64,000 nt of DNA from a virus: IMG/VR virus record IMGVR_UViG_3300048694_000674, positions 77,394 to 141,393 of that record; one strand, 5' to 3'. Position numbers and translations under genes: made by a program. This document shows, piece after piece, positions 58,278 to 64,000 of the stretch; position 1 is the stretch's first letter; each line of letters opens with the position of its first letter. The notes below the pieces were generated by a model. It saw only the letters and a program-made list of their open reading frames with translations. It did no database searches and was not told the DNA's origin.

Positions 58278-58367
58278 CTTTAAAAACTGAAAAAGACACC
58301 TATATAATAATGTGAGTTGCCATTCGGGACTCATGATTATAAACTCTCGCTTAACAGGAGAACTAAA
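58278..58367 (+). promoter_or_regulatory. RpoH-like promoter and ROSE-like RNA thermometer
   Basis: CTTT-N17-CCTATAT; CTC-G-CT-taac-AGGAG hairpin with UCGCU opposite the SD. Confidence 0.55.
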
Positions 58368-58874
58368 ATGACACCATATAAATTCGATCACACATTTTCT
58401 GACCTTGCCAAATTTGATAAATTTTTCGTAGGAGCTGATAAGTTCCTAGCAAGAGTCCAAGAAACAGCTGATCTAGTAGCAAACAGTGCAGCTAGTGCGG
58501 GATATCCGCCATTCAATCTCAAGAAAACAGATGACAATGTTTATGTAATCGAAATGGCAGTTGCTGGTTTCGGTAAACAAGACATCGAACTAACTCTTGA
58601 AGATAACAAGCTAAAGATTGCTGGTCATACAACTGTTGATGCATTAACAGAAGATGGAATATCACAAACATTCCTACACAAAGGAATTTCTGATCGTCCA
58701 TTCCAACGTACATTCTCACTAGCTGATAATGTTGTTGTCAACAATGCTCAAATGGTTAATGGACTTTTGAAAATATGGCTGGAACACATCATTCCAGAAG
58801 ACAAGAAGCCAAAGCGTATTGATATTGATGAAATAACTGAACCTGCTCCTTCTAAAAAGAAGCTAGATAAGTGA
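58368..58874 (+). CDS. Small heat-shock protein Hsp20/IbpA-like
   Basis: GYPPFN, IEMAVAGF, FLHKGI..R.F.RTF.LA, NGLL.I.LE..IPE.KKP. Confidence 0.92.
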   Translation: MTPYKFDHTFSDLAKFDKFFVGADKFLARVQETADLVANSAASAGYPPFNLKKTDDNVYVIEMAVAGFGKQDIELTLEDNKLKIAGHTTVDALTEDGISQTFLHKGISDRPFQRTFSLADNVVVNNAQMVNGLLKIWLEHIIPEDKKPKRIDIDEITEPAPSKKKLDK

Positions 58875-59026
58875 TGGTGAAATATATTACAAACTGGTTT
58901 CGTTACTATGAGACGATTAGAGAACTGAGTAAACTAACTGATAGAGAATTGGCAGATATTGGTATGACACGTGGTGAAATTATTCATGAAGCATATACTC
59001 AGTGGGTAAGATCCTCTCTAGGCTAA
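58874..59026 (+). CDS. DUF1127 (YjiS-like) small protein, 50 aa, not in ORF track
   Basis: W.RY..TIRELSKLTDRELADIGMTRGEI. Confidence 0.85.
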   Translation: MVKYITNWFRYYETIRELSKLTDRELADIGMTRGEIIHEAYTQWVRSSLG

Positions 59027-59031
59027 TAAAT

Positions 59032-59062
59032 AACGGGGAAGCAATTTCCCCGTTTCTTTTTT
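59032..59062 (+). terminator. Intrinsic terminator
   Basis: AACGGGGAA-gcaat-TTCCCCGTT followed by T-rich run. Confidence 0.7.
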
Positions 59063-59076
59063 ATTAGGAGCTTACT

Positions 59077-59694
59077 ATGGTAATATCATTTGACCAGTTA
59101 AACGATTTCTTTGAAGATACTGACGAAGATATTCTTCAAAGATATATTGACCCATTGAATGAAGTTATGGAATTTTATGAGATCAATACACCAAAAAGAA
59201 TTGCTATGTTCTTAGCACAATGTGGTCATGAATCTGGTGGTCTAAAGGTAACTAAAGAAAATCTAAACTATTCAGCTGCTGGTTTACGCAAAACATTTGC
59301 CAAGTATTTCCCAAACGATGCTATTGCAAATGAATATGCAAAGAAACCAGAGAAGATTGCCAATCGTGTTTATGCAAACAGAATGGGCAATGGCGATGAA
59401 GCATCTGGTGATGGTTATCGTTACTGTGGTCGCGGTTTCATTCAGCTGACTGGTCATGATAACTACAAAGCATTTGCTGCCGATATGGAAATGGATTTTG
59501 ATGAGGCAACTGAATGGTTGAGTACAGATGAAGGAGCTGTTTGGTCAGCTGGTTGGTTCTGGGACTCAAGAGAATTAAATCAGTGGGCTGACAAAGGCGA
59601 TGTTCTTACAGTAACAAAAAAGATCAATGGTGGCACTATTGGTTTAGAAGATCGTAAGCATCATTACGAAGCAGCACTAGAAGTATTTGCTTGA
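59077..59694 (+). CDS. GH19-family endolysin
   Basis: FLAQCGHESGG...ENLNYS, Y.GRGFIQLTG.DNY, INGG.IGLEDR. Confidence 0.92.
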   Translation: MVISFDQLNDFFEDTDEDILQRYIDPLNEVMEFYEINTPKRIAMFLAQCGHESGGLKVTKENLNYSAAGLRKTFAKYFPNDAIANEYAKKPEKIANRVYANRMGNGDEASGDGYRYCGRGFIQLTGHDNYKAFAADMEMDFDEATEWLSTDEGAVWSAGWFWDSRELNQWADKGDVLTVTKKINGGTIGLEDRKHHYEAALEVFA

Positions 59695-59757
59695 CAAATT
59701 TCAATAGGTAGGGTATTATAATAAGAGTAGTACCCTACACGCACATTTGGAGATATA

Positions 59758-61032
59758 ATGAAGTTTTACACGAGCGTCTATCAGCGAGGAGATAAGATTT
59801 ATGTATGTGGTTATGAGAATGGGCAACGTGTAGAATTTGTTGAGAAGTACAAGCCATATCTCTTCATGCCGAAGGAGAATGGTTTCTATCGTACATTAAA
59901 CGGCGTAGCTGTTGATAAGATTAAATTTGATAGCATACGAGAAGCCAGAGAATTTGTTGACAACTACAAGGATGTCAGCAACTTCAACTACTATGGCTTG
60001 ACGAACTATCAATATGTCTTCATGTATGATTGCTATCCTGGCGAAATTCAATATGATCCTTCAGCCGTCTCAGTTGTTACAATGGATATTGAATGTGCTG
60101 CTGACGAAGGTTTCCCCGACATTCAGAAAGCTGACAAAGAAGTTACAGCCATTTGTTTACGTAAGAATAACAAGAGCGTAGTATTTGGTTGTGGTGATTT
60201 TGAAACAACTGATGAGAACGTTGTTTATGTCAAGTGCAAAGATGAGATGCATCTACTCGATAAGTTCATCAAAGTATGGAATCATCCCACTTGGAAGCCA
60301 GATGTTGTTACTGGTTGGAACATTGAGTTCTTTGACATCCCCTATCTGATCAACAGAATAAGAAACCTACTTGGTGAAGATGAAGCAAAGAAGCTTTCGC
60401 CATGGAAGATGCTCGAAGAAAAAGAAGTTGAGTTCAAAGGTAAGAAGAATCAGACATATACGCCGATTGGTGTTTCTGTTCTCGATTACTATCAACTCTA
60501 TCGTAAGTTTACCTTTGGTAATCAGGAAAGCTATAAACTAGATTATATCGCACAGGTCGAACTTGGCGAACGAAAGGTTGATTACTCAGAGTATGGTTCG
60601 CTTCTTGAATTATACAAGAACAACTTCCAGAAGTTTATCGAGTATAACATCTATGACTGTGCGCTTGTTGATAAGCTAGATGCAAAGCTGAAGTTCATTG
60701 AACAGGTTATGGCTCTCGCGTATGATGCGAAAGTCAACTATCATGATACAATGACAACTGTACGTCCATGGGATGTCATAATTCATAACTATCTACTTGA
60801 CCGTCGTATTGTCATTCCCCAGTTCGAAGTTGATCATAGTGCATTCGAACTCGTTGGCGGTTATGTCAAAGAGCCACGTCTTGGTATGAACAAGTGGGTT
60901 GTATCATTCGATCTTACGTCTCTATATCCAAGCTTAATACAACAATATAACATTAGCCCAGAAAAAATTATTAGTAAAAATAAAATGAAAAAAATGATCC
61001 TCGAAGAGAAAAAAAGAAGAGGTCTGACCTAA
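59758..61032 (+). CDS. gp43: DNA polymerase gp43, N-terminal part (exonuclease and motif A)
   Basis: DIE ExoI, GWN.EFFDIPY ExoII, YN..D ExoIII, SFDLTSLYPS motif A, then stop. Confidence 0.93.
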   Translation: MKFYTSVYQRGDKIYVCGYENGQRVEFVEKYKPYLFMPKENGFYRTLNGVAVDKIKFDSIREAREFVDNYKDVSNFNYYGLTNYQYVFMYDCYPGEIQYDPSAVSVVTMDIECAADEGFPDIQKADKEVTAICLRKNNKSVVFGCGDFETTDENVVYVKCKDEMHLLDKFIKVWNHPTWKPDVVTGWNIEFFDIPYLINRIRNLLGEDEAKKLSPWKMLEEKEVEFKGKKNQTYTPIGVSVLDYYQLYRKFTFGNQESYKLDYIAQVELGERKVDYSEYGSLLELYKNNFQKFIEYNIYDCALVDKLDAKLKFIEQVMALAYDAKVNYHDTMTTVRPWDVIIHNYLLDRRIVIPQFEVDHSAFELVGGYVKEPRLGMNKWVVSFDLTSLYPSLIQQYNISPEKIISKNKMKKMILEEKKRRGLT

Positions 61033-61052
61033 ATACTCTGTAAAAGGAGTAA

Positions 61053-61712
61053 TTGATGAATTATCTAAAACATTATATCTTATTGATGAAAACAAGAAAA
61101 ATGCGTATAATATGCGAACGTTCTGATTACGAGAGTCACCATATTTTCCCGAAATCGATATATGGAAATAATAACAAAGTAATTTATCTGACAATAAGAG
61201 AACATTATATTGCACACAAGCTCCTTTGGAAATTGTTTAGAAAAAGATATGGCGTAAAGGATAACAGAACCAGAAAAATGGCAATGGCTTTTCATTTTAT
61301 GATATATGGTAAAGGAGATACGTATCGTCTCCAAAAATATGATAATTCTTATCTTTATGAATCAGCAAGAAAGGCTGCTCAAGAAGCAAAAAAAGAGAAA
61401 CAGAGATCTGATATGATTGGCAAATCATATTTTGGTGCGAGCGAAGAAGTTATACGTAATGGTATAGAAAAAATGCGCCAAAAGAAAATTGGAATGAAGA
61501 TAACCTACCCAAAAAATAGAAAATCTGTTCCTTGCCCAAATGATAAAGCACAGAAAATATCAGAATCTAGAAAAAACACTAAATTAAAATTTATTTGTAT
61601 GAGTGAAAAAGAATTCAACCTTTGGCTTTCGAAACAGAATTACCATACAAAAAATGGGAGAATCAATTCAAATGTTTCAAGAGCTATTAAATGGAGAAGT
61701 GAAAATGCTTGA
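61053..61712 (+). mobile_element. HNH (MobE-like) homing endonuclease splitting gp43
   Basis: ESHHIFPKS..G.N...LT.REHYIAH.LL; AAGGAG RBS; TAAATA upstream. Confidence 0.82.
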
Positions 61713-63000
61713 TAAATTGTCAAACGAAGAATTGATTATGTTAGAAAAATTAGTCAACGGTTGCTCTCCTGAAATAATTATTGAAAATATGTATTATCTA
61801 CCAAAAATTGAAGGTTATTCTCTAACGGCAAATGGGTGTTTGTATAAAAACGATAGTCATGGGTTTTTGACTTCTCTTATGGAAAAAATATTCGAAGATA
61901 GAGTCAAGTATAAAAAACTTATGTTACAGGCTCAGAAAAATTTTGAATTATCAAAATCTCATGAAGATGAATTTATGATCTCAAAATATAAAAATTTTCA
62001 AATGGCAAAAAAAATTCAACTCAATAGTTTGTATGGAGCTTTGTCGAATCGATATTTTCGATGGTTCAATTTCGATAACGCAGAATCAATAACTACATCT
62101 GGTCAAATGACAATCATTTTTATTGCTAAGAAGATGAATGAGTTTATGAACAAAAAACTCAAGACCAACAAAGTAGACTATGTGATTGCATCTGATACTG
62201 ACTCGATCTATGTCACAATGGATGCTATGGTTCCTGATAGTGCTGATGAATTGAAGATTGTTGAAGCAATCGATCAGTTCTGCGAAAAGTCAATCCAACC
62301 ATATCTTGATAAATGTTATCAGGAACTGGCAGATATGATGAATGCATATCAGCAGAAGATGCAGATGAAGCGTGAGACTATCGCAAACAAGGGCATCTGG
62401 AAAGCAAAGAAAATGTATATCCTCAATGCTTGGAACGTTGAAGGTGTTCAGTATTCAGAACCAAAGCTAAAGATTCAGGGCATCGAAGCTGTTCGATCAT
62501 CAACTCCGCATGCATGTCGTGAGAAGTTGAAAGAAGCATTCAAGATCATTATGAACAAAGACGAATCAACTCTTCAGAAGTTTATTGCTGACTTCCGTGA
62601 AGAGTTTGTTAGATTGCCATTCGAAGATGTTGCATTTCCACGTGGTGTGAAGAATCTTGCTGACTATCGGTCAAAGAGTAGCATATATAAGTCAGGCACA
62701 CCGATCCATGTCAAAGGTTCTCTGATATTCAACAATCTGTTGAAAGAGCACAACATAAAAAACATTCCACCTATCATGGACGGTGATAAGATCAAGTTTG
62801 CATATCTCAAAGTACCAAATCCTCTTGGAGAAACTGTTATCGCAACAGCTGATTATCTTCCTGAGCAGTTTGGTCTTGATGAATTGATAGATAGAGAAAA
62901 GCAGTTCGAGAAAAGTTTTCTTGAACCGATGAAATCAATTACTGAAGTGATTGGATGGCGTTCCGAACAAATTGCTACACTGGAGGATTTCTTCCAATGA
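61705..63000 (+). CDS. gp43: DNA polymerase gp43, C-terminal part (motifs B, C, thumb, clamp peptide)
   Basis: KIQLNSLYG, DTDSIY, KKMY, LEDFF; GGAG RBS before ATG 61705. Confidence 0.93.
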   Translation: MLDKLSNEELIMLEKLVNGCSPEIIIENMYYLPKIEGYSLTANGCLYKNDSHGFLTSLMEKIFEDRVKYKKLMLQAQKNFELSKSHEDEFMISKYKNFQMAKKIQLNSLYGALSNRYFRWFNFDNAESITTSGQMTIIFIAKKMNEFMNKKLKTNKVDYVIASDTDSIYVTMDAMVPDSADELKIVEAIDQFCEKSIQPYLDKCYQELADMMNAYQQKMQMKRETIANKGIWKAKKMYILNAWNVEGVQYSEPKLKIQGIEAVRSSTPHACREKLKEAFKIIMNKDESTLQKFIADFREEFVRLPFEDVAFPRGVKNLADYRSKSSIYKSGTPIHVKGSLIFNNLLKEHNIKNIPPIMDGDKIKFAYLKVPNPLGETVIATADYLPEQFGLDELIDREKQFEKSFLEPMKSITEVIGWRSEQIATLEDFFQ

Positions 63001-63236
63001 AGAAAAATAAACAAAAGAAGAAAAATAAAAAAATAACTCGCAACAAATTAGATAAAATGTCTTTTGAGAAACGTGAAAAGATTCGTAAGAAGTTACGAGA
63101 AGAAGCTGTATATACTAGAAGATTTAGAACACCACAATCATTTGGCGCTGCGAGTAATTGTTATAATTTGACCATTGAAGAATATTTGTCTAGTGGTGGT
63201 GATTTAAATCTGATAGGAGTAAAAAATGAACGATGA
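62997..63236 (+). CDS. Basic hypothetical protein
   Basis: K/R-rich ORF coupled to gp43. Confidence 0.5.
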   Translation: MKKNKQKKKNKKITRNKLDKMSFEKREKIRKKLREEAVYTRRFRTPQSFGAASNCYNLTIEEYLSSGGDLNLIGVKNER

Positions 63237-63447
63237 AGAAGATATTAATGACTTTGGTTTCACATTCAGTGACTCTGAAGAAATCAAGATTCAAACTAAG
63301 GACAAGGTTCAGGGATTGCGTAATATGATTATGCCACTGCTGAACAACCTAGCAAAGAATCCAGAAAAGGATACGATTGTTTGGCCAAATAGAGACAAGA
63401 AGATTAAAGAATTTATCAAGAAGATGGATGATTATATCAAGAGTTGA
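63226..63447 (+). CDS. Conserved T4-like hypothetical protein
   Basis: DFGFTF, PLLNNL.KNPEKD.I.WPNR. Confidence 0.65.
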   Translation: MNDEEDINDFGFTFSDSEEIKIQTKDKVQGLRNMIMPLLNNLAKNPEKDTIVWPNRDKKIKEFIKKMDDYIKS

Positions 63448-63449
63448 TT

Positions 63450-63980
63450 ATGTTAAAAAGACATTATGAATTTTGGGATATGACTCATTATATTGACTTC
63501 TTTACACAGGAAGAGTATAATGAGATGCATCAGGAGTTGCTTGGTCTTTGTGGAAGTGGTATGATGCTAGATGCAGAAGCTGCTGGCGGTGCATTGGATG
63601 ACTCTGGCAATATGTTGAGAAAAAACAAAGGACTTCCAATTGAATCATTCATGGAAGATTCATCTATTGTAAAAGTATTTGATAGCAAGATTCCATTTCC
63701 ATATGATCAATATGATAACGTATCACATCTTATCAACTACTATGAAGATGGGAACTATTATGGATACCACAAAGACAAATCAGAGTATACTGCAATAACA
63801 ATTTTCCACAAAGAACCAAAAAATTATTTTGGCGGGGACTTGACTTTTAGAGACAAATATAGTATTATAATATCTGAAGTTTCGCCAAGAGATCTAATCA
63901 TTTTTCCAGGTCATCTAGAACATTCTGTATCGCCAGTGGTTGGTGGTAATAGAATTTCTGTCAGTCGTTTTATGAAGTAG
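63450..63980 (+). CDS. 2OG-Fe(II) oxygenase
   Basis: YGYHKD, F.GGDL, IFPG.LEHSVSPV..GNRIS. Confidence 0.85.
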   Translation: MLKRHYEFWDMTHYIDFFTQEEYNEMHQELLGLCGSGMMLDAEAAGGALDDSGNMLRKNKGLPIESFMEDSSIVKVFDSKIPFPYDQYDNVSHLINYYEDGNYYGYHKDKSEYTAITIFHKEPKNYFGGDLTFRDKYSIIISEVSPRDLIIFPGHLEHSVSPVVGGNRISVSRFMK

Positions 63981-64000
63981 GAGAAGACATGTCGTCATTG

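Noticed and set aside
60950-61760. Group I intron or split intein in gp43
   Set aside because: Only about 20 non-coding nt flank the HNH ORF, no P7-like core; no intein block A and no His-Asn/Cys junction; the C-half has its own RBS

Overview
A 64 kb piece of a large T4-like (Tevenvirinae/Kyanoviridae-type) myophage genome, AT-rich and almost all on the + strand. Order: (1) 1-12.1 kb, fibre/adhesin modules (YGNG beta-propeller proteins, an SBBP-like propeller, a Gly-X-Y protein) mixed with modifying enzymes (GT, MTase, cupin, 2OG oxygenase). (2) 12.1-28.5 kb, T4 virion core gp13-gp23 and gp3, with two free-standing GIY-YIG endonucleases. (3) 28.6-42.1 kb, uvsY, uvsW, gp55, gp47, gp46, then a DNA-modification island (degenerate peptide deformylase, DenV-like, MazG-like, TET/JBP dioxygenase, BGT-like glycosyltransferase, HAD, DUF3310-like, GT-A), then gp45, gp44, gp62, regA. 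(4) 42.7-58.3 kb, an early hyperplastic region with repeated promoters, 18 tRNAs, two tRNA-linked endonuclease cassettes, several structured non-coding segments, a porin, a GNAT, an AAA ATPase and a spanin pair. (5) 58.3-64 kb, Hsp20, DUF1127, a GH19 endolysin and a gp43 polymerase split by an HNH gene. A tRNA-His lacking G-1 with A73, an Omp25/RopB-like porin, DUF1127 and a ROSE-like leader point to an alphaproteobacterial (probably Hyphomicrobiales) host. Best leads: the TET plus BGT-like pathway with no adjacent C5 methyltransferase; a 448 bp circularly permuted head-gene allele inserted precisely into an early gene; a split gp43 with complementary helical tails; self-regulating endonuclease cassettes at tRNA CCA ends; and a pseudo-deformylase. 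All family calls come from motif recognition by eye, not database searches.
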